Part shown: positions 53,366 to 64,000 of the stretch, piece by piece
Layout of the letters: every line of letters starts with the position of its first letter
Position numbering within the stretch: the first letter of the stretch is position 1
Origin: Octopus vulgaris
Taxonomy: Eukaryota
Assembly (NCBI GenBank): GCA_951406725.2
Contig: OX597819.1
Location: forward strand, 33,542,001 to 33,606,000
DNA length: 64,000 bases
Reading direction: 5' to 3'
Made by a program: the position numbers and the translations under genes
Notes under the pieces: generated by a model
The model's database searches: none
Told to the model about the DNA's origin: nothing
What the model saw: only the letters and a program-made list of their open reading frames with translations

Positions 53366-53726
53366 TATAGAAAAAGTCCAAAGAAGGGAAGACAGAGAAA
53401 GAAGATTGCCAGCGATACACACACGGTCACATATTGAAAATCATACATATATAATGGTTAATCTTTGTTAAAAAACTTTTATCTTTCGCTTGTTTCTGTC
53501 ATTGGTCTGTGCCCATGCTGGAGCATGATGACAACTATTCAAAACAGTACTCAAACATTTACTCAACTACATCTGAGTTAGTTCTAAGATAGATGATTCA
53601 CCCATAGAATAAATGTTCAAAATTATCTCACTCCTCTCATCTCTTATACACTAATACATCTTATACAACAACAGACAGTACAGGACATAACCTGAATCAG
53701 ATTTGTTTGCACCTAATAAATTTTAG

Positions 53727-54125
53727 TTTCACTGTCTGTCATCACTCTTTATTCACCAGACTACTTCTACTACTATCCATCACTTACTCTTGCTTTATTC
53801 ACTTCAGCTATAGCCCATCATTCACCCAAACTTAGAGATCTACGGATCACACTTAGTCATTCAGCCATAACCCTGTTTCATTTCAGTCTCTCTATTTTTT
53901 CCCTTTGTCCTTAAATGGTTTAATCAGAGAAAACAAGGCAGCTCCAGTTACTGTTCTCAATACACTCTACTTTCACTGTCTGTCATCACTCTTTATTCAC
54001 CAGGCTACTTCTGCTATTATCCAACACTTACTCTTGCTTTATTCGCTTTAGCTATAGCCCACCATTCACAACTATCATTCAAGATCATACTTAGTCGATC
54101 AGCCATAACTCTGTTCCATGTCACA

Positions 54126-54222
<97 letters not shown>

Positions 54223-54275
54223 GTTCTTAAATGGTCAAATCAGAAAAAGCAAGGCAGCTCCAGTTATCCTTCTCA
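53727..54275. repeat. Local tandem duplication (~240 bp) with (TC)n expansion in the second copy
   Basis: tttcactgtctgtcatcactctttattcaccag...aaggcagctccagtta occurs at ~53727-53960 and ~53971-54275. Confidence 0.8.
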
Positions 54276-54907
54276 GGGGCCACACACTGAACAAAGCTGG
54301 ATGAGAGAGTTGGGGATTGAGGAAGTTATCATCTGTATGGAAACCTGCAATGAACTCTGCTAACAGTACACAGGACAAGGTGCTGGTGTTAAGCCAGGTG
54401 ATGGATAAATTCTAATACCCAACAACAATATAATCCATTTTACAAAGCTTCTTCACAAATCTCATCTACCCAGTTTCACTCATATAGTAGAGACAGACCT
54501 GAAGCTATGGAAAAAGACATTTTTTTTTTCCTAAGGTGCTATGCAGTGGGCTTGAAATCACAACCAAATGATAACTAAGTGAATTTCTTACCCTATGATT
54601 GCTTTAAATTTTGGCACAAAGCCTGTAAATTTTTAGCATGAGAGTATCAGTCAATTACATCAACTACAGTGCTCAACTGACGATTATATCTTCAAGCTCC
54701 CTGGCTGGCCAGCTCCTGTCAAACCGTCTGACCCATGCCAGCATGGAAAATGGATATTAAATGATGATGATGATAAATGCCCAAAAGATAAAAGGCAAAG
54801 TCGATCTCAGTGTAACTTGAACTCAAAATATAATGAGTCAGTAGAAACGCTGCTAAGCATTTTGTCCAATGTACAAACACAATTTTGCCAGCTCAGTGTT
54901 TCCTTCT

Positions 54908-55170
54908 TATCAATCAATCAATCAATCAATTTTTATTGGCTCAAAAAGCAAAAGCAAGGCCATGTAGGGGGACAGTGAGTTATGTACAGGGAGGGTGGTC
55001 ATACAAAGAGTTCAGGCCATTTCTGGTCAAGAGAGACTTTGAACCGAGCAGTCACCGGTATCTTCACTATCTCGTCCGGCAGCTTATTCCACGAATCCGC
55101 AACCCGGACGGAGAAAGCCCCACTCCTTCAATTGAGATGAAATCATCGTAGATAGAGCTTTTCGGAGTGA
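54908..55170 (-). mobile_element. 3' fragment of a second CR1/L2-type LINE
   Basis: Minus strand reads GAFSVRVADSWNKLPDEIVKIPVTARFKVSLDQKW, followed by a (TTGA)n tail. Confidence 0.7.
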
Positions 55171-56036
55171 CCCCATTTTTTTCTACTAAAGGCACAAGGC
55201 CTAAAATTTGGGAACAAGTCAAATACATCATTGGTACTTAATTTATTGACCCCGAAAGAATGAAAGGCAGAGTCATCCTCGGTGGAATTTGAACTCAGAA
55301 CATAGTGACAAGCAAAATACCACTAAACATTTTGTCCAGCATGCTAATGATTCTGCCAGCTCACCACCTTATTCTTACCTAATAATAACAGCTTCTTTGC
55401 TTCCATCCATCTGCCATTTATTCTCAGATAGATTGAGTAACAGAGAATCACATGGATTATCATAACTGTGAATAAAATAAAGTGGGTGAACGTTTCTGCC
55501 ATTTTATCACCATATATACCAGATATTTCATAACAAAAATATTTTATATGCTAAATAAATGGATTTCTTGTACTTATTCTATTGACTCTCTACTGTGTTA
55601 CCTCTGATTTCACATACTTTCTCATACATATACAACACAACTATGTGTTATGTGTGTGCATTGTATGTGAGTGTGTGGTGCATGTATAAGAGTGTGTGTG
55701 TGTGTGTGTGTGTGTGCACAGAGAGTCCAAAATTATTTGTGTGCAAGTTTAAGTCATAAAGAAGTTCACATTTTTATAAGATATAATAAACTGTAAAGTG
55801 AAAACATTCAAACCAGACAAGAAATTTATAGTCTTGAAATATTCAAACATCATGTGGTTTCTGTAAACGTGTGCATGTGTATTGGGAGGGGGGAGCAACA
55901 CACACAACACACACACACACACACACATATGCAGGTGTCGATATTCATTACACACACCTACATGCATATATTGTTGTATAGTAATTGTAAGAAAGCTATA
56001 GGTCAATAACTTGTTGAGTTTCATGTTTATAGTAAA

Positions 56037-56427
56037 CTAGCAGTATCGCCCAGCGTTGCTCAGGTTTTAAGGGAAATAACTATATAAGCATTTTTAGAGA
56101 TGTAAAGTATAATAGCCATCTCAATATGGTTAACCACAAAGGGGGGTGTTACTGTAGCTTTTTATGTTCTGAGATTTAATAAATTTTTAGAGAATTACTT
56201 CCCTTATATATGCCAAAAATGCATTAAAAAATGGGAAAAATTGATGGTAAATTTTTTAAAAATCGTAGACTCATCGTAGACGCGCGCTAATACCCAGAAG
56301 GGCTCGATATGAATCACGACTATAAGATACCCGGTTTTGGTTACACTGCACCACAAAATGTGGGAGTAGTTAGGAATCTAAATCGTAGGAGACAGACAGC
56401 ACACAACCTCTCTTTTATATATAAAGA
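56037..56427 (-). mobile_element. Helitron-like element, same family
   Basis: Near-identical to 49493-49889. Confidence 0.75.
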
Positions 56428-57135
56428 TATACTGCATATAGCAATCATCAGATTGCTATGTGCAGTATACAAGGTTATACAAGTTACAAGCAATGAATAA
56501 TTCCGTTGCATATAACGGACTTTTATTCAGCCATGTGGCTAATTGCAATACCAGTAATTGTTCAGTCACTGATGTACTATGTCAGTAGTTACGGATTTTA
56601 TTTTAGCATGCAGTTGGCAGTGAGTACAATTTTGTTGACAATAATTTCTGCATGCACAAATCCTCTGTTAAAATGGAATACACTGATCCTGTGCTTATTC
56701 TCAATTCATGAGCCATTTCCTGGATTGTTATCCGATAGTCTTCCATGATTATTCGCTAAACCTCAATTGGCTCCTTGTTTTAGCTTCCTGATGCATCATT
56801 TACACAAAACATTGGGTCACAGATCATCAAACAAGTAAAATCAAGTCGTAAAGTCTCTTTGCACCTCAACTTTTGAATTTCAAAAAAAAAAAAATATGCT
56901 AGATGGTGCACCAACTTCATGAGATTACTCTTTACTCTTTTACTCGTTTACTTGTTTACTTGTTTCAGACATTTGACTGTGGCCATGCTGGAGCACCGCC
57001 TTTAGTCAAGCAAATCAACCCTAGGACTTATTCTATCGGTCTCTTTTGCCGAACCGCTAAGTTACGGGGACGTAAACACACCAGGATCGGTTGTCAAGCG
57101 ATGTTGGGGGGACAAACACAGACACACAAACATAT

Positions 57136-57168
<33 letters not shown>

Positions 57169-57399
57169 CATATATACAACGGGCTTCTTTCAGTTTCCAT
57201 CTACCAAATCTACTCACAAGGCTCTAGTCAGCCCGAGGCTATAGTAGAAAACACTTGCCCAAGGTGCCACGCAGTGGGAATGAACCCGGAACCATGTGGT
57301 TGGTAAGCAAGCTACTTACCACACAGCCACTATTTAGTACTTTGGTAGAAAATCAAGATTACACAAAAGTTATCTGTTGATCTAGATAAGATACTAGCT

Positions 57400-58000
57400 T
57401 GCAATGAGAAATTAGAAGAACTGTGATTCCAAAAAGAGATATAAAAAAAATACAGTAGTGATGAGAACCATTGGATACAAGAAAAAATAAGATCGCTTTA
57501 GTTCTTAGTTACATGGTTAAAAGTATATCGTTTTTAATCGGAAAACTCTACCAAAGCAATAATTGTAAAATGAATTGTGATCTATGTGCATTCACAAGGC
57601 TGGATGGATGAGGGTAAGTATAGAAAATAGATAACAGAAGTTTGGGGATTATGACCTGATTGACTCCAAAAAAGGGAAGAGTTTGCTTATCTGGGAAAAG
57701 TTTAGGACACATCTGTGATTACAAAATTACAAAACAACTGTGATTCCAGGTAGACTTACAAGTGTTTTGCTACCATTAGATGTTAGTATCAATAAAGCAT
57801 TTAAGAAATTGATTACAATCAAATGGAATAAATGGATACATGATGGAGAAAAAGAACACAAAAGGAGGCACTATGTGGGTTCAATCACTAACTCTGATCG
57901 GTATTTGATTTGTTGATACATGGATGCAAATAAAAGCTGATATAGCTGTGGAACTTTGAATATTCTGAATTCTCTTGAAGACAATTATTTATGGAATTGT
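57400..58000 (+). pseudogene. Decayed pogo/Tigger-type DDE transposase
   Basis: Frameshifted pieces VIYVHSQGWMDE, KSLLIWEKFRTHL and TVIPGRLTSVLLPLDVSINKAFKKLITIKWNKWIHDGEK match the DDE_1 pattern WM..E / LLIWD.F..H / IPGGLTS.LQPLDV..NK.FK. Confidence 0.8.
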
Positions 58001-58851
58001 ATGGGTGAAAAAGAAGTGGGGATGATGAAGATGGTCCTTACAATGATATCACATCCTTATGATTATGAAGCTTTTAGTGCTGAGAGGCGAGCTGGCAGAA
58101 ACGTTAGCATGCCGGGCGCAGTGCTTTGCGGTATTTCATCTGTCTTTACGTTCTGAGTTCAATTTCCACCGAGGTCAACTTTACCTTTCATCCTTTCGGA
58201 GTCGATGAATTAAGTACCAGTTGTGTACTGGGGGTTGATCTAATCCAAGATTTCGGGCCTTGTGCTTAGAGTAGAAAACATTTAGCGCTGAGAGGGCATA
58301 TGGTGAGTGGTTAAGATGTTGCACTCACAATCACAAGACCATGGTTTCAATTCCTGGATCAGATAGTGCATTGGGTCCTTGAGCAAAATACTTCATTCCA
58401 CATTGCTCTGAGATCATTTTGACACCTAATGCATAGTACACCGTACACCTGTTTGGACAATGTCCATCTGATGGATGAAGTGAGCTAATGTACAGCATAT
58501 ACACTTGATCACTAAAAACAAATACTTTATGCAGGATGTTCAGTAAAAAATTGCAGAACTGTCTTTCTCAGTCTATGAGAGTGTACTATTATTTGGTGTT
58601 GAAGAGGATAAAGAATATGATTTTGCAGGAATTTAATGAACTTTCGTGTTTCAAATATTTAAGATGTAGCCTGCAATTGAAAAGCCTTATTAAATTTCTA
58701 CTTCACTTTTTGTATGTATAAATAAAAGTTTACTAATTCCTTTTTGCTTTTATTGTTGTTATTTATTTTCATATTTGTTTTATATTTCATGGCCTTAAGC
58801 CATACACTGAACTTATAATAAAAAATAAAAAATATAGCAACAAAAAATTGG

Positions 58852-59231
58852 GAGGAAGAGAAGAAGAAGAAGAAGAAGAAGAAGAAGAAGAAGAAGAAGA
58901 AGAAGAAGAAGAAGAACGAAGAACGAGGAGGAGGAGGAGGAGGAGGAGGAGAAGAAGAAAAAGAAGGAGGAGGAGGAGGAGGAGAAGAAGAAGAAGAAGA
59001 AGAAGGAGGAGGAGGAGGAGGAGGAGGAGGAGAAGAAGAAGAAGAAGAAGAAGGAGGAGGAGGAGGAGGAGGAGAAGAAGAAGAAGAAGGAGGAGGAGGA
59101 GGAGGAGGAGGAGAAGAAGAAGAAGAAGAAGAAGAAGAAGGAGGAGGAGGAGGAGAAGAAGAAGAAGAAGAAGAAGAAGAGGAGGAAGAAGAAGAAGAAG
59201 AAGAAGAAGAGGAGGAGGAGAAGAAGAAGAA

Positions 59232-59278
<47 letters not shown>
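58852..59278. repeat. Long purine-only (GAA)n/(GGA)n tract
   Basis: Visible directly; potential triplex (H-DNA) former. Confidence 0.95.
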
Positions 59279-60635
59279 CAACGACATTATCAGCAGAGAT
59301 TGTTGTCTGCATGGATAGTAGCATTGCATTTTTATAACTTTTTTATTAATTTTGGTATTTAAAGCCTTAAAGAGTTAGAAAAAAGAAAAAAAGATAAAAA
59401 CGAAATCAGTTACAACACCGATACATCATACCAGTGGTGAGTGTGATTTTAACCATGATTATTAAAATGATGTGGTTGTAATAGTACTTTAGTGTGAAAC
59501 ACACTGAGCAGGGGATGTGAACTAATTTCAATAGGTCTGTTGAGTGTGGTGAATACAGGTAAAAGAACAAATTTAAATATTTATACACGATTAACACCAT
59601 CTGAGCATGGCCGTCTGGCACCTGTGTCGGTGGCACATAAAAAACACCATCCAAGCGTGGCCGTTCGCCAGCCTCGTCTGGCACCTGTGTCGGTGGCACA
59701 TACAATCACCCACTACACTCTCGGAGTGGTTGGCGTTAGGAAGGGCATCCAGCTGTAGAAACACTGCCAGATCTGACTGGCCTGGTGCAGCCTTCAGGCT
59801 CCCCAGACCCCAGTTGAACCGTCCAACCCATGCTAGCATGGAAAGCGGACGTTAAACGATGATGATGATGATGATGATGATAGACAGTTCTATTTATGGT
59901 TATTGTTACTTAGTAGGATGTACAGTTTGATGTGTGGAGGCACATGGTCTAGTGGTTAGAGCAGCGGACTCGTGGTCGAGGGATCGTGGGTTCAAATCTC
60001 AGACTGAGCGATGTGTGTGCTTATGAGTGAAACATCTAAGCGCCACGTGGCTCCGGCAGAAGGTAATGGTGAACTTCTGCTGACTCTTTCACCACAACTT
60101 TTGCTCACTCTTTGCTCCTGCATCTTGCAGCTCATCTGCGATGGACTGGCATCCAGTCCAGGTGGAGAACCTATATGCCAAGGAAATCAGGAAACTGGCC
60201 CTTATGAGACAGGAATGGCTTGAGAAGGAACAAACAACAACAACAACATCTTGATGTGTAAAACTGGTATGACTAATGTCATTCATTGTGTTTTGTTTCT
60301 TATTCATTTATAAATCATTTGGGTTTCTGCAACTGATACAATATTTTGGATTCTAGCATGAATTTCAACCTCTTAAATCTAATATCCATGTTATAATAGA
60401 TTTAACAGATGTAACCCATAAATTTAACCTTAAAAAAAAGTAGCTTTAAAATTTCAACTTTTACACAGGAGTGGCTGTGTGGTAAGTAGCTTGCTTACCA
60501 ACGACATGGTTCCGGGTTCATTCCCACTGCATGGCTCCTTAGGCAAGTGTCTTCTACTATAGCCTCAGGCCAACCAAAGCCTTGTGAGTGGATTTGGTAG
60601 ACGAAACCTGAAAGAAGCCTGTCGTATATATGTAT

Positions 60636-60737
<102 letters not shown>

Positions 60738-60958
60738 CGAGCTGGCAGAAACGTTAGCACGCCGGGCAACCTGCGTAGCGGTATTTCGTCTGTCGTTACA
60801 TTCCGAGTTCAAATTCCGCCGAGGTCGACTTTGCCTTTCATCCTTTCGGGGTCGATAAATTAAGTACCAGTTACGCACTGGGGTCGATGTAATCGACTTG
60901 ATCCCTTTGTCTGTCCTTGTTTGTCCCCTCTGTGTTTGGCCCCTTGTGGTTAGTTAAG

Positions 60959-61002
<44 letters not shown>

Positions 61003-63331
61003 ATATGTTTGTGTACCTGTGTTTCTCCCCCCAGCATCGCTTGACAACCAATGCTGGTGTGTTTACGTCACTGTAACATTAGCGGTTCGGTAAAAAAAAC
61101 CAAAAAAAAAGCGATAGAATAAGTACTAGGCTTCCAAAGAATATTTGCTCGATTAAAGGTGGTGCTGCAGCATGGCCACAGTCAAATGACTGAAACAAGT
61201 AAAAGAGTATATGTATGGTAAAACTTACATAATTACTCAGTCTGATAGATTAACTTAACATTAAGTATGCTAATTGAAATACTAGTCTTTTCATCTTTTG
61301 CATTCACTGTAAGTCAATAATAGTTTGCATTCATTGTAAGTCAATAACAACATAATTGGTGTTTTTCATCTAAAAACTATAAATTTATCTCAACATGATG
61401 TTGCAAAAGAAAAACAGAGAACTCAAACTGAAAGTAATTCAGTATGCCAAACAAAACCCAAATTGCACAGTTAAACAGGAATTTATTACTCATCTTGGAA
61501 CCAAGTGACCCTTGAGGATCCACATAAGATTTTGCTGTTAAAATTTATGTGAAATAAAATCAGTTATACTTCTGCTATACATAAAATGTTTCAACAATTT
61601 TTTAATACAATTTCTAATAATATTTAATTATATAGGCACAGGAGTGGCTGTGTGGTAAATAGCTTGCTTACCAACCATGTGGTTCTGGGTTCAGTCCCAT
61701 TGTGTGGCACCTTGTGCAGGTGCCTTCTACTATAGCCTCAGGCTGACCAAAGCCTTGTGACTGGATTTGGTAGACAGAAACTGAAAGAAGCCTGTCATAT
61801 ATATGTATATATGTGTGTGTGTGTGTGTGTTTGTGTGTGTATATGTTTGTGTGTCTGTGTTTGTCCCTTCCAACATCGCCTGACAACCGATGCTGGTGTG
61901 TTTACGTCCCCGTAACTAAGTGGTTCGGCAAAAGAGACTGACAGAATAAGTAACAGGCTTACAAAGAATAAGTCCTGGGGTCGATTTGCTTGACTAAAGA
62001 CTGTGCTCCAGCATGGCCACAGTCAAATGACTGAAACAAGTAAAAAAGTAAAAGAGAATATATAAATATAATAGATTTTATTAAACAGTGAATGGATATG
62101 AGGGTCCAGCAAAGGGAAATCAGAATCAAAGGGATGATCCACAGGCAAAATATGGTTGAGAATCCCTGGGGTAAATAGCAAGAAGTTAGAGATCAGAGGA
62201 AACTCAAAAAAGCCTAATCACACCAAGAAAAAGAAAAGGAATAAAACGGAGTTATATTTCTGATGTGATGAGATGGAAACCAAACTGAAGGAATGGATTT
62301 TCAGAATTTCATTTCCTATGTTGTTATACACTCAAGTAATCACCCTTGAGTGCAGACTAATATGGAATATACAGTGAATTTAAAGTGCCAAATGGCTTAC
62401 TCTTTACTCTTTACTCTTTACTCTTTTACTTGTTTCAGTCATTTGACTGCGGCCATGCTGGAGCACCACCTTTAGTCAAGCAACTCGACCCCGGGACTTA
62501 TTCTTTTGTAAGCCCAGTACTTATTCTATCGGTCTCTTTTTGCCGAACCGCTAAGTGACGGGGACGTAAACACACCAGCATCGGTTGTCAAGCAATGCTA
62601 GGGGGGGACAAACACAGATACACAAACACACACACATACACACATATATATATATATACATATATACGACAGACTTCTTTCAGTTTCCGTCTACCAAATC
62701 CACTCACAAGGCATTGGTCGGCCCGGGGCTATAGCAGAAGACACTTGCCCAAGATGCCACGCAGTGGGACTGAACCCGGAACCATGTGGTTGGTAAGCAA
62801 GCTACTTACCACACAGCCACTCCTGCGCGTATATGAACATATTTTATGAATTGATATGACTTTGACATCAGTCAGTAAAACCACATCACACAGAAAGCTC
62901 CTAACAGATTATGAGGTGGAGAATTTCAAAATGAATTACAGAATATTCTTTTTCTCCCCAAACACACACACACACACGCATGCTATTTTTTTAACTGGAA
63001 GCACTTGCAGCATATGAAAATTGTCTGATGTATTTTGCAGTATTTTATTCTTCTTTTTAAGGACATACAGTAATTAACTTAGTCGCTGTTTTTTTTTTTG
63101 TGTTTTTTCTTAGGTACTGCTTTTGTTGCTGTTTTTCTTTTTTACTCAAACCATTCTGAATTACTATTTCTCACCACCCGTCTTAAAAGGGGATCAAAAG
63201 AAAAACGTCACAGTTTAAAGGAGTTAGAAAGGGGACTCGTGTAATTATCAGGTAACCTTGTAAGTGGAAATACACACAAGAATTGTATTTCTTTGCTAGC
63301 ATCATTCAAGAATTTTCCCATAATGGAATCA

Positions 63332-63391
<60 letters not shown>

Positions 63392-63756
63392 ACACACACA
63401 CATACTCCCTTTTATAAATCTTGACACAAAAGAGTTTCGTGTTTATCTTGAGATCACCTAAATAACATCTGGACTTACAAAATGGAAGACAAACATACGA
63501 AAAGGGGATCATAAATATGTATGTGTAAGTTGATGCATGTATGCATGTGTCATGTGTATGTGTGAGTTGACGCATGTGTGTGTATGATTTTTATGATACA
63601 TCACGATGTGTCCTTAACATTATACAAGGATTAATTTTTTAAACATACAAAGGATGGATGTATTTTCACACTGTTGTGCGCCATATTTCATATAGATGCA
63701 ACTATCTCTCCCCTCCCTCTCTCTCTCTCTTTCACTTTAGACACACACACACCCAT

Positions 63757-63795
<39 letters not shown>

Positions 63796-63905
63796 CAAAC
63801 ATGTATATATAAGACTTATATATACATGGAGTGTTCTATAAGTAAGGCAGCACTTAAACATGTTTTATATTCGAAAAGCTGACAGACATATGAGACACAG
63901 AATAT

Positions 63906-63968
<63 letters not shown>

Positions 63969-64000
63969 TGTGTGTGTGTAATGCAACATATTAGAAGTGA

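Noticed and set aside
58698-59329. Poly-E/R, poly-S/P and poly-L ORFs
   Set aside because: They are translations of a (GAA/GGA)n microsatellite.
63208-63330. Minus-strand peptide SKEIQFLCVFPLTRLPDNYTSPLSNSFK resembles the PLEKHH segment expected before exon A (SKE..SPLTTLP...LFK)
   Set aside because: There is no phase-0 GT donor after FK (the next GT is phase 2, followed by a stop), the spacing differs, and upstream is a (TG)n tract. It is probably coincidental; the true upstream exon likely lies beyond 64000.

Overview
AT-rich, microsatellite-dense animal DNA. The SINE/LINE complement looks like a coleoid cephalopod, probably Octopus; this is inferred from recognised repeat families. The whole window lies inside one minus-strand gene. 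Five phase-compatible GT-AG exons (52013-51834, 48420-48200, 29665-29488, 15617-15462, 6209-6112; 833 nt) encode the MyTH4 domain and the start of the FERM domain of a PLEKHH1/PLEKHH2 (MAX-1)-type protein. Nearly all listed ORFs are microsatellite or SINE artefacts. The introns hold tRNA-derived SINEs, RTE-, CR1- and R4/Dong-type LINE fragments, Helitron-like elements, MITEs, decayed pogo and hAT transposases and a U6 pseudogene. The stand-out signal is about 15 type-I hammerhead ribozyme (HHR) motifs (CUGANGA...GAAA...UH) from at least eight or nine unrelated sequence families. Almost all sit in long inverted repeats next to (TA)n or (TAA)n microsatellites, which points to Penelope-like or retrozyme-type non-autonomous retroelements. 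One fully canonical HHR (6587-6524) is on the host pre-mRNA strand, in the loop of a 125-bp-arm hairpin about 315 nt upstream of an exon. All structures were read by eye; none was computed or tested.
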